Virus record (IMG/VR): IMGVR_UViG_3300030376_003573
Span: 1 to 52,710 of that record
Length of the DNA stretch: 52,710 nucleotides
Direction: 5' to 3' (one strand)
From: a virus
Taxonomy: Duplodnaviria; Caudoviricetes
A program made the translations under genes and the position numbers. Shown one piece after another: positions 27,474 through 36,863 of this stretch. The notes beneath the pieces are model-generated. The model saw nothing but the letters and a program-made list of their open reading frames with translations, was not told the origin of the DNA and made no database searches. The stretch's first letter is position 1, and each line of letters opens with the position of its first letter.

Positions 27474-30400
27474 TGGCTATAGATAAAAGAATACCTAGGG
27501 TCTTAAATTCAGATGCTGATAATAAGACTGCAAACAAGGTGTCCATGTCGGACGCCTTAAATCTTTATTCAGGTCCTGACAACGAAGATTTTGACGCTAC
27601 TGGCAAAAAGCTAGATGCTGGCAAGGACGTCTTGAAAAACATACGCGGTAACGTAGCCGTGCCCGCACACGAGGGGGAAGCGCTACCTATTGACGCCAGG
27701 GTTCTGGGATCTGTTGAGGATGCAAAGACTGACATTACATATTTCTTTGTGTATAGCGCGAACGGTGGTAACCACGGTGTCTACGCTTATGATAAAAGAG
27801 ATGTTCTCAGCAAAGTTGATAACCCCGATGCTCCGCTTGGACCGCCGATTATAAGAAGGATATACCGTAGCGCTCAGTTTAACTTTCCTCAGAACGGCTT
27901 CGTAAAAGGCGACATTGTATACAGCGCTGGTTCCAGGAGCTTTCCCGACCATATGGGAGATGATTTCGACAAAGATGTCATTATATACTTTACCGATGGG
28001 GCTAACGAGCCTAGAAAGATAAATGCGTATAGGGCGTTTGCCGACTCATATGGAGAAGCCATACACGGGACTGGCACAGCAAACCAATACGCCGAGGCTG
28101 ACTTCATAACCGCCTGTCCCAAGACACCTCTGAAGCCTATTGAGTTTTCTTTCGGCAGCAACCCCTCCAGGTCAGTTAGCAATTTCGAAAGAACTAATGG
28201 GTTTCAGTTTGCATATCAACACATCTATAAGGACGGAGTTGAGAGCGCGATATCTTCTTATTCTGACGTTGCTTTCCCCACTAGCGTCATAGGCCAGGGA
28301 GCAAACAGCTTTATAGATCACACCAATTTTAATAAATGCACTCTGTCAATCCCTCAATGCGGGCCAGAAATTGAAAAAGTTAGATTGCTTTGTAGACAAG
28401 GAAATGCTGGCAGCTTTTTGATTATAGACGAGATAGACGCAGGGGTTACTTCTTACGATTTTTACAACGACAGAGTTCTTAAAGGTGTTAGCACTACCGA
28501 AGTAAACAAGCAGTTCGATTCTGTTCCTAGGAAAGCAAAGGCACAAACAGTATCATCAAATAGATTGATGTACGGGAACTACCTCGATGGGTTCAATAAA
28601 TCAAATACTGTTGCTACTGCTACTGTAATTTACAAAGAAAGACCAGAGGATTACCTTTCGTTTGACGTGGGTTACATACCGTCTATTTATCGTCGGCTTG
28701 GCTCGCAGTCATTCGAAAATGAAAACCTTGCTTTCTTTTTGGATTTCAGCCAGATGCCTGATTTTCTTCCTGGGGGAACAAATCTTGATATTTCTATTAC
28801 TTTAAGCCCAGACAGAAACTTTCATTTATATGCTGGCTCTTTTAGCCAAACAAGGCAGCGTGGGCCGCAACCGCTAGGTTCGGACAACGAGCTGTTTGAT
28901 GGGGTGAATTTTTCTCAGTCTCAAGCCTTAAGCGACCTTCAAGCAATAGATCCATACGCTTTGACTAATTCTTCTACGGGACCATCTGAAGGAAAGATTT
29001 GGAATCCACAATGGACCTCCTTCGATAACATATACGCTTTTGCCAATGCAGGATTTGACTTAAACTCTTGGAGGTATACAGGCCCTTCTAGCATTGAGGG
29101 TGTTTTAATGGACTCTGTAACTAATGCTGGAATAGGTAGTTCTCCAGCTCATCCAGTTGTTATTAAGGGGGGCTCAGTTAATTTTTCTGCTAGTTTTTTT
29201 GTTCCAGAAGACCTTGAAAATGCCAGGGCCAATCTAAATAAGATTGTTAGGATAGCATTTACAAACAAGAACCTTTCGTCCTCTACGTTTGACAACAATC
29301 CCACCCCTGTATTTTATGAGGAGTACGGGATTCAGATACTAGATAACACCGCTGTTTCTTCGTATGAGTTTGATTTGGGTCTTTCTAGTGGGGACATCAT
29401 ACCTCAACACTATATCGGTCAGAACAACGGCAATACAGACCCAAGGAACAAGCTTATAAATGCTGTTGCTGGCGAGGGGAAAACAAATGATGGCGGAAGA
29501 CCTATAGGGTTCTTTATATTCAATAGGGGAAGACCTACATTTATGCTCGATAACGTTCTAGGTTCTGATTTTCTCGCTATCGGTGAGTTTGACCCCTATT
29601 TTGGGAACAGTACAGAGACTAGTAGTCATTTTAGTCTCGCCTTGGTAGATTTCGCAGATGCCGAGCCTTTAAGCGTTATACACGACACCGCAAGTAATGC
29701 GTCGTCTGAAGGTCGTCCCGCTACTGGATGGATCGCAATATCCAAAGAGGATTTAGACCAATACGGAACCAACATGAATGCATGGCTGATTTCTAAAGGT
29801 ATAGGCACTGGTGGGATTCAGGGGTTTCAGAACAATCCTTATGGAGATAATTCGGACTCAAGGGTTACCAAGGGGTACGGATATCAGCTGGGCTACCTCG
29901 AAACTACGGGAGAATTTTCAAATGATTTCTCCCCTTCACAGCCAAGATATTTTTATTCGGCTGTAGCGTTTCCACCAGGTATTTTCGGGGGTGCAGGTGG
30001 TGGCTTAGGCGGCGGCTTAGGCGGCGGAAACCCTATCAATGACCCTGATATAATCTTTCAATACGGAGTCTTAATGGACGGCGAAGGTGGTCCAGGGGGC
30101 GGCCCAGCCAGGGGTGAAAACAGCGAGCTTGAGTACGATAAGCTAAGGATGAGTGATCAGGGATCGGTTACTGTAAACCCCTTGGTCACATTTAATGAGG
30201 TAGAGGTTCCGACCTACCATTACAACGAGACCGTCTTTTATGGTGGCTCTTTGAGGCCGATAAGCACTGCGGCTGATGTGCAGTTATTTGGCGGCGGAGA
30301 CGGAGAAGAAGATGGGGGGTATCAACCAACGGTTTTGCCGTTCTTGAAGATGAACCCCGTAACCACCCAACAGGTGGCTATATTTGACGGCCTTGATATA

Positions 30401-33400
30401 ACGGGCTACGAAACCATAATAGTCGAGGCAGAGTCATTCAAATACTTAATGCCTTTTGAGGACTTGGAAAACCCAGGCTTTCTTGACTCTAAGAGCGTAA
30501 CATTTAAAAGAAATCAATCTACGATTGAGCTGACTGAAAAATCTATAAACTTCTACAGCGACGAGTCAGACTTCAACGGAACAGAATCGTTTAAAACAGA
30601 GGCGAACCACGACTTCGGAATCGTTTACTACGACGAAAGGGGTCGCCACGGGTTTGTAAACTATCTAACAACAGCCTTCGTAGATGGATACTCTAACCTT
30701 GAAAGAGGAGAAAACAAAGGAGCAGTGGAAATCAGCTTGAAGTTGGGGGGAGAGCCACCTTCTTGGGCTCATAGCTACAAGATAGTTTATGGCAAAAACA
30801 GCACGGTTGAGGACTTCGTTCAGTATATATCTGGAGGGGCCTTTGGCGCCGCTGACCCCGACGACTTTGAAGTCGGAGGTAATGAGAGCAGCAATATATA
30901 CGTGTCTCTAAACTACTTGCAGGGACACCCAATTTCTTACGTCAATTCTTTTGGCGCTAGAACCCCAGAGGGTGGTCTGAACATGTACAAATTCCAAGAA
31001 GGGGACAAGCTTCGTGTTATATCACACTTCAACAGCGGGTCCATAAACTACGTGTCTCACGAATTTGAGGTTGTGGACTTGGTGGTTTTAGGCGAAGATG
31101 AAAACCCGCTGTCAACTACTCCCGTCCCAGATAACAAAAAGGGTGAGTTCTTGGTATTGAAGGACAACCCTGAAGCTGCAGGGTTTTCATTTGGCGATAT
31201 AATTAATGGAACCCATTTTTGGAACAACAACTGTTTAATAGAGGTTCGAACGGCAAAAAAATCGCTCGATCCAGACGAGCAGATTTATTACGAGGTGAGC
31301 GATCACTACAGGGTCGCAAAAAACCCTCAGGGAATTTTGGTTCACGACGTAAATCCAGTTGTTGTAACCAAGGGTGATGTTTGGTTTAGGCCTGTTGCCG
31401 CGAACGTAAGAAACCTGGAGGGAGGAGTTTACGAGGATATTATACTTGATAACGACGGAGACGACATTGGCTCTGTGTCCAATTTCGTAAATGTATTTAT
31501 GGAGACAGAATCTGCAAGCGACCTGTTTAAGTCGAACTCTTTTTCAAGGGGCAGACCCAATGTAATCTTTGAGGACGCTACAGAAACAAGAAGAGAGGCT
31601 ACAATAACGTACTCAGACGCTAGCAACCCAGAGTCTCCAAAGATTAGATATTCTTCTTTCAATGCCTCTACAGCAAACTTCAAGGATCTTGTCGATAGGT
31701 ACGGAGATATACAGTACATGGGTAATCACGACCCGTTTGTCGTCGTTATTCAAAAAGAAAAAATCAGCCTTATACCAGTAGACAAAAATATTCTGTCGGA
31801 CGCCTCTGGCAATCAACAGCTTATTGCCTCTCTTAATGTGCTTGGAGAGGTTATAACTTACGGTGGTGTTTCTGGTTGCGATGATGACCCTTCGTCTGTT
31901 TATGATTCGGGGGAAGAGGTATACTTTTGCAACAAGTCTCTCTCTAAAGTGTACAGATTTACTAGGCAATCTGGCGTTGAAGAAATATCAGAGCTAGGAA
32001 TGTCCTCTTTAATTAGGGCGTCTTTGAAGACTGCTGTAGAATCTGGGGATCAAGTTAGATTGATTGGAGGTTTTGATACACTCAAAGAAGAGTACTTGTT
32101 TTCGATTACAAACATTCCGATTATATCTACTTTCGGTGTTGATGAGGTTTTACAAGATTCGGCTACTGTTGCGCCTACAGAGCTTGAGCCAAACATAGTA
32201 ATAAATCCTGCGGACGTTTTAGATTTTGGAGAGCTATCCCTTACGGATACTATTCAACCAAAAGAGGTCATAATATCTAACGATGGATTAGCTAACTTGA
32301 TTATAACCGACTTTGACATAAACGATGGTGAGGCCATAAACTTTGAGTTGGTTTCCTTCAACTCTAATGTTAGCGCCGACAACCCAATGGAGATAGAGCC
32401 TGGTGGATCAGAAACAATACTGATTTCTATTATACCCCCAGAAAATGAGGGGCCAATAAACAGTTTCTTAGAGGTATACAGTAATAACCTAGAATCACCT
32501 CACGATTTAAATCTAACAGTTTCATTCAGAAGCATAGGAGACGATACTGATAATGGCGGTTCAGAAGATGATTCTGATAGCGGGGCTTTGCCGCCGTTGC
32601 TGGACGCATACAATAATTTTTATGGAGCCAACTTACAACAAGAAGAGATGAGTCAAGAATTAGCATTTCAATATTTACAAGACTTAGAGGGTACTCCAGG
32701 CGAGCCCACGTTATCCGATTTAGCAAACTTTTTGGGCAGCGCAGATAACAATCAGTTCGATGTTAATCGAGTTAGATTTGACACTGATGCAGATGGAATC
32801 GTTAGCGCTCTAGATCTTATACAGTTTCTTGCTATGTATGGAGAAGAGTATCAGCAAAACACAGGCATGTTTTCTGGTTTAGATCCAGCGTCAGGTAGCG
32901 CCCCACTACCTAAAGCTCTTCCCCCACCACCGAATAAGCCAAAGCCAAGCACGGTAAACTACTTTAAGGATGTTGATGGGGCGATAAACTACCTGTTTGT
33001 TCAGAACGAGCTTACAGTGGGAGAGTATCATTTGTTAAGAGCTCAAATCAATGACAACTTTAGCCTTAATTTAAATGAGCAGGGTGCAGTAGACACTATG
33101 GATATAGTTAAAATGCTGCAGGTATTCAATCAGACAACGGATCCTAACGAGCCCGCTTTTGTTAGCACTCCAACTGCGGACCAAGGCGGGATCCCCTCTG
33201 GTCCGTCTTCCCTGGAGGCTATACTCTGGCTGATAAACGACGGGACCATGACTGTGGGTCAGTACTTCTATCTTGCTAGCTACGTTAAATTAGCAGCAAA
33301 GGCTGATGCTGATGAAAATAATGCTGTCTCCACTCCAGACCTATTAATGATGTTGAGTGTGTGGGGATTCGGAACACAGCAATCTGGAACTTCATACGGA

Positions 33401-33427
33401 CTTAATGATCTGGCTTTTAATCTGTAG
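27473..33427 (+). CDS. tail stabilisation/muzzle-like protein (N-terminal part) with a large insert, an Ig-like domain and 3 dockerin-like repeats
   Basis: YFTDG.NEPRKIN, QFAYQHIY.DG.ES, NRLMYGNY, FGIVYYDERGR, GGFDTLKEEYL motifs. Confidence 0.75.
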   Translation: MAIDKRIPRVLNSDADNKTANKVSMSDALNLYSGPDNEDFDATGKKLDAGKDVLKNIRGNVAVPAHEGEALPIDARVLGSVEDAKTDITYFFVYSANGGNHGVYAYDKRDVLSKVDNPDAPLGPPIIRRIYRSAQFNFPQNGFVKGDIVYSAGSRSFPDHMGDDFDKDVIIYFTDGANEPRKINAYRAFADSYGEAIHGTGTANQYAEADFITACPKTPLKPIEFSFGSNPSRSVSNFERTNGFQFAYQHIYKDGVESAISSYSDVAFPTSVIGQGANSFIDHTNFNKCTLSIPQCGPEIEKVRLLCRQGNAGSFLIIDEIDAGVTSYDFYNDRVLKGVSTTEVNKQFDSVPRKAKAQTVSSNRLMYGNYLDGFNKSNTVATATVIYKERPEDYLSFDVGYIPSIYRRLGSQSFENENLAFFLDFSQMPDFLPGGTNLDISITLSPDRNFHLYAGSFSQTRQRGPQPLGSDNELFDGVNFSQSQALSDLQAIDPYALTNSSTGPSEGKIWNPQWTSFDNIYAFANAGFDLNSWRYTGPSSIEGVLMDSVTNAGIGSSPAHPVVIKGGSVNFSASFFVPEDLENARANLNKIVRIAFTNKNLSSSTFDNNPTPVFYEEYGIQILDNTAVSSYEFDLGLSSGDIIPQHYIGQNNGNTDPRNKLINAVAGEGKTNDGGRPIGFFIFNRGRPTFMLDNVLGSDFLAIGEFDPYFGNSTETSSHFSLALVDFADAEPLSVIHDTASNASSEGRPATGWIAISKEDLDQYGTNMNAWLISKGIGTGGIQGFQNNPYGDNSDSRVTKGYGYQLGYLETTGEFSNDFSPSQPRYFYSAVAFPPGIFGGAGGGLGGGLGGGNPINDPDIIFQYGVLMDGEGGPGGGPARGENSELEYDKLRMSDQGSVTVNPLVTFNEVEVPTYHYNETVFYGGSLRPISTAADVQLFGGGDGEEDGGYQPTVLPFLKMNPVTTQQVAIFDGLDITGYETIIVEAESFKYLMPFEDLENPGFLDSKSVTFKRNQSTIELTEKSINFYSDESDFNGTESFKTEANHDFGIVYYDERGRHGFVNYLTTAFVDGYSNLERGENKGAVEISLKLGGEPPSWAHSYKIVYGKNSTVEDFVQYISGGAFGAADPDDFEVGGNESSNIYVSLNYLQGHPISYVNSFGARTPEGGLNMYKFQEGDKLRVISHFNSGSINYVSHEFEVVDLVVLGEDENPLSTTPVPDNKKGEFLVLKDNPEAAGFSFGDIINGTHFWNNNCLIEVRTAKKSLDPDEQIYYEVSDHYRVAKNPQGILVHDVNPVVVTKGDVWFRPVAANVRNLEGGVYEDIILDNDGDDIGSVSNFVNVFMETESASDLFKSNSFSRGRPNVIFEDATETRREATITYSDASNPESPKIRYSSFNASTANFKDLVDRYGDIQYMGNHDPFVVVIQKEKISLIPVDKNILSDASGNQQLIASLNVLGEVITYGGVSGCDDDPSSVYDSGEEVYFCNKSLSKVYRFTRQSGVEEISELGMSSLIRASLKTAVESGDQVRLIGGFDTLKEEYLFSITNIPIISTFGVDEVLQDSATVAPTELEPNIVINPADVLDFGELSLTDTIQPKEVIISNDGLANLIITDFDINDGEAINFELVSFNSNVSADNPMEIEPGGSETILISIIPPENEGPINSFLEVYSNNLESPHDLNLTVSFRSIGDDTDNGGSEDDSDSGALPPLLDAYNNFYGANLQQEEMSQELAFQYLQDLEGTPGEPTLSDLANFLGSADNNQFDVNRVRFDTDADGIVSALDLIQFLAMYGEEYQQNTGMFSGLDPASGSAPLPKALPPPPNKPKPSTVNYFKDVDGAINYLFVQNELTVGEYHLLRAQINDNFSLNLNEQGAVDTMDIVKMLQVFNQTTDPNEPAFVSTPTADQGGIPSGPSSLEAILWLINDGTMTVGQYFYLASYVKLAAKADADENNAVSTPDLLMMLSVWGFGTQQSGTSYGLNDLAFNL

Positions 33428-33432
33428 CAGAA

Positions 33433-34461
33433 ATGGCAAGCATACCTTTAACGTCAAACGGGTTTGAAGCTACGTTTGCTTTTTCAAAGAGGCAGAAAGC
33501 GTGGACTACTAGGTATTCGTTTGTTCCTACTTGCTACGCTTCCTCTGGCGATGAGATGCTGTCGTTTCACAAATCCTATGAAGACAACGACGTCAGAGCT
33601 TGGCTGCATGACAAGAACCCAGTCAGAAACAATTTTTACGACAGAAATAATAACTCTAGCATAGAGCTATCTTTTAATGACGATCCTTCTTCTGTAAAGA
33701 TATTTAAGTCGGTTTCTTTAGAGACAAACAGGGATACTTGGTCTTACCTCTTTGGCACTAACGAGGAGTACGATGACTCAAACAAGCAACAGACCTTGCT
33801 AACCTCTAAGCTTCTTAATGACAAAGAAGGGTTCAAGTATTTAGAGGTTCCAAGATCTAAGCTGAACTCTAGCGCTAATGTGGTCCCCGTACCCAGCGCT
33901 ACTTCTGGGGTTGATGCTTCTGACTTTCTTTCAGCATTTGAACAGATAGATACAAGTGGGGGTGCGCTAGTCAACAACATATTGGTAGAGATAAACCTAG
34001 ACGCTTTAGAGGTGTCTTCTTTTCCTGCTGCTCCGTTTGGAAACTCAGTAATTCTTTTGGCTTCTTTTGATGATTCTGATTTGTCAGGTCAGTTGCAAAC
34101 ACTTTCTTCTTTTGCTTCTGTTACCTCTCCTTTCGCCGTATTGTCAAATGTATTATTAGGCTTTGATATAAACATTCTATCCATTGATAATGGAGTAATG
34201 AATTTAAGTTTGCCTATTGCAGCCGTTATCGCTGAGGATGCAGATTTTGCCCAGCTATATCTGTTGGCTTTTAATCAGTATCTTTCTACAGCCTCAAACC
34301 TTTTTGCTGTTTCTCCAGCTGAAATCAATGGTGATGAAATGAGAGGCCCATACTTAAATGTTAAATTAGAATCTGCTAGCTCAAAACCCTTAGAGCTTCA
34401 CTCTATCAACGCAGAATACGCTTTTTCTAAGCTAGATAAGGGTTTAAATCAAAACGCTTAA
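33433..34461 (+). CDS. tail stabilisation protein, C-terminal part as a separate gene
   Basis: TFAFS...WTTRYSFVP, NNFY, FNDDPS.VKIFKSVSLE, KEG, GDEMRGPY. Confidence 0.65.
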   Translation: MASIPLTSNGFEATFAFSKRQKAWTTRYSFVPTCYASSGDEMLSFHKSYEDNDVRAWLHDKNPVRNNFYDRNNNSSIELSFNDDPSSVKIFKSVSLETNRDTWSYLFGTNEEYDDSNKQQTLLTSKLLNDKEGFKYLEVPRSKLNSSANVVPVPSATSGVDASDFLSAFEQIDTSGGALVNNILVEINLDALEVSSFPAAPFGNSVILLASFDDSDLSGQLQTLSSFASVTSPFAVLSNVLLGFDINILSIDNGVMNLSLPIAAVIAEDADFAQLYLLAFNQYLSTASNLFAVSPAEINGDEMRGPYLNVKLESASSKPLELHSINAEYAFSKLDKGLNQNA

Positions 34462-34466
34462 ATTTG
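34459..34466 (+). promoter_or_regulatory. -7 promoter element TAAATTTG
   Basis: Overlaps the upstream stop; 6 nt before ATG 34473. Confidence 0.65.
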
Positions 34467-34472
34467 TAGATC

Positions 34473-35429
34473 ATGACAGGACTAGAGTTATTAGCTATAC
34501 AGGCAGGGATACAGGGGATTGGAGCCCTTGCAGATAGAAGAAGGACAAGAAAGCAACAAGAAGCACAGCAACCTCTTTTAGACCAGGCTCAACAGGACGT
34601 TCAGTCTGCTTTTGGTTCGTTGGCTGATGTAAAGTACACCGTTTCCGAGTCAGAAAAGCAACTGGCTAAGACAGGTATGCGCCCTACAGATTTGTCACCT
34701 ATAGCTGCACAGCAGGCTACTGCCTTAGATGCTTTGGCTACTGACCCTAGAGCTTTGATGGGCGCTGTTCCAGGGCTTACACAGGCTACTCAGCAGGCAA
34801 CTACGGCTGCGCAGCAGGCTGATTTCTCTAGAGAGCTAGCAGCAGAGGGAAGATTAGCTGGGTTGGAACAGGCTGCTTTGACTGGTAACATAGATTCGCA
34901 GCGCAACTTAGAGCAACTCAAACTGCAAAGAGCCATGGGCTCAGAGGCTACGGCTGCCCAGAACTTAGCTATGCTAGAGGCTCAAAGAGCTGGTATAGGA
35001 CCAAGCTTTATTCAAGGCCTTGCTCAGACTGGTACGGCTTTAGCTGCTTCTAATCTTGATGGTAAATCTATGTTTGCTAAAGAAGATGTGGAAATTAATA
35101 AAGATGGGGGAAGGATAGAGTACGGTCACGGAGGAGAGATGAAAGAAGATGTGATGATGGCGATCTTGCAAGACTCGAAGCAACCTCCAGTACAAAAGCT
35201 AGGGGGTGAGTTCGATCACGGCACCAACAAGAAGGCTATCGTAGACGAAGAGACTGGCGTGAAGGAGGCCGAGGCTACGGGGGGTGAGTTCATCATCAAC
35301 CCAGATCAGTCTTCAGGCTTGCAAGAGGCGTATGCTATGATCAATAAAGAAGAGCCTACTTACGAGCAGCTGCTTGAATTATTCAAAGCCGCTAAGTTTT
35401 TAGAGGAACCACAATTTAATGAAGCGTAA
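34473..35429 (+). CDS. internal virion/ejection protein
   Basis: Ala/Gln-rich helical; E.TGGEFIINP motif; lies after the tail genes. Confidence 0.6.
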   Translation: MTGLELLAIQAGIQGIGALADRRRTRKQQEAQQPLLDQAQQDVQSAFGSLADVKYTVSESEKQLAKTGMRPTDLSPIAAQQATALDALATDPRALMGAVPGLTQATQQATTAAQQADFSRELAAEGRLAGLEQAALTGNIDSQRNLEQLKLQRAMGSEATAAQNLAMLEAQRAGIGPSFIQGLAQTGTALAASNLDGKSMFAKEDVEINKDGGRIEYGHGGEMKEDVMMAILQDSKQPPVQKLGGEFDHGTNKKAIVDEETGVKEAEATGGEFIINPDQSSGLQEAYAMINKEEPTYEQLLELFKAAKFLEEPQFNEA

Positions 35430-36859
35430 TGGCAAACGGTCCAGTTCCATCTTACGTAGCCCCTTTACAGCCTAGCAAAACATACAGCGAGGCAATAGCT
35501 CAGGGTACGCAAAACCTAGGCCCCTTATTAGCTGCGGCGGCTAGAAACAATCTGACTAGAGAAACCGCTAAGAGAAAGCAGAGAGATCAAAATCTGAATG
35601 AAATTCAAGGCTACAATACTGGTGGCTGGTCGAAAAAACACAGACAGATTTTTGCCGAGCAGAAAGACTTAGCTGTCAACGCTATCTTAGAGGGCAGCCC
35701 CATGGCTAATACCATATTGGATAATCTGTCGGTTCACTATGATTTCTTTAAGAACCACGCTGAAGACGTTGGTGCAGACAGAGAAAATTACGTTAAGGGC
35801 ATAGAGCAGATAGGGTCACTAGACACAGAAGAGTCAAAGTTTACTGGTGATGCCCTACAGATTTTACAACACGATAGCGAGTATGACGCTGGTGGGATTG
35901 ATACATACAATGTAAATCCTGACGGGAGCGTTAGCGCTGTATATTTGGGTGCTGGCGAAGAGGACCTCGGTGAGTCTGGAGACATCTTGGGAGCTCCAGG
36001 GATCAATAGACAGGGCTACTATAAGCGTGACTTTGGTCCCCAGGATAATGTAACGCCTGAAGAGTTTGCTGCTCTTTATAAACCTACCACTGATAATTTG
36101 GTAAGCGATAACAGAGATCCCGAAGAGATCATATCACTTACAAAAAAAGCGATGCTTAAAAAGTATGACGGTAGCAAGGTTTATTCTGCTAGCGCAAATA
36201 AATTCTACTCTGATCTTGATAAAGATGTTATTGATTTTAAAGAGAAGTATATTGACGAAGCCTTAAAGTACATACGCACGGAGCGCTTGGCATCTAGGGC
36301 TGGCGGCTCGGCTAAGCAGCTTTCTGTAGATGTAATCGAGAACAGAACTAGGGCTGAGATCACTCAGGATAAGTTGCAAGAGTACAAAGAATTTGCAGAC
36401 AGAGTTGGACCAATTCAAAATGCTGTTGGTCATAACTATGTAATGACTGAGCTTGCAAGCGGTAAAGGTCTTGACCTACCGAACCCTGAGTACGACCCAG
36501 GGTACGAGGAGACTCCTTACGATGCCGCTAATACAATCAGGCTGAAGAAGAGCTCAACCATCAACGAAAAGATTAGAAGGGTACAGGTCTTCCCAGGGCT
36601 GGGCCTGCTTGTCATTAAAGGGGGGCTTCAGGGTGAATACAGAATAAACTACGAAAACCCTGACGAGGACGAGCAAAATATCCTTGAGCAGCTCAGGCAG
36701 GCTATGAACGATGCGTATGAGGGTGAGCTTACTCTTCAGACGCTGTTCGACCCAGATAGAGCCATAAGAAACGTAAGCTACTTCCAGGGTCAGGATGAAC
36801 AACAACCCGATGCGGCAACTCAAGCACCAGTAAATAACGATCCACTGGGAATTCGATAA
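35429..36859 (+). CDS. internal virion/ejection protein
   Basis: Positional call; coupled to its neighbours. Confidence 0.55.
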   Translation: MANGPVPSYVAPLQPSKTYSEAIAQGTQNLGPLLAAAARNNLTRETAKRKQRDQNLNEIQGYNTGGWSKKHRQIFAEQKDLAVNAILEGSPMANTILDNLSVHYDFFKNHAEDVGADRENYVKGIEQIGSLDTEESKFTGDALQILQHDSEYDAGGIDTYNVNPDGSVSAVYLGAGEEDLGESGDILGAPGINRQGYYKRDFGPQDNVTPEEFAALYKPTTDNLVSDNRDPEEIISLTKKAMLKKYDGSKVYSASANKFYSDLDKDVIDFKEKYIDEALKYIRTERLASRAGGSAKQLSVDVIENRTRAEITQDKLQEYKEFADRVGPIQNAVGHNYVMTELASGKGLDLPNPEYDPGYEETPYDAANTIRLKKSSTINEKIRRVQVFPGLGLLVIKGGLQGEYRINYENPDEDEQNILEQLRQAMNDAYEGELTLQTLFDPDRAIRNVSYFQGQDEQQPDAATQAPVNNDPLGIR

Positions 36860-36863
36860 TAGT

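Noticed and set aside
15457-27487. Identical MAIDK starts of the LamG protein and the stabiliser
   Set aside because: Only five residues with no further similarity; likely coincidence
33425-33435. TAG readthrough joining the two stabiliser genes
   Set aside because: The downstream ATG is in a different frame and no obvious slippery site is present
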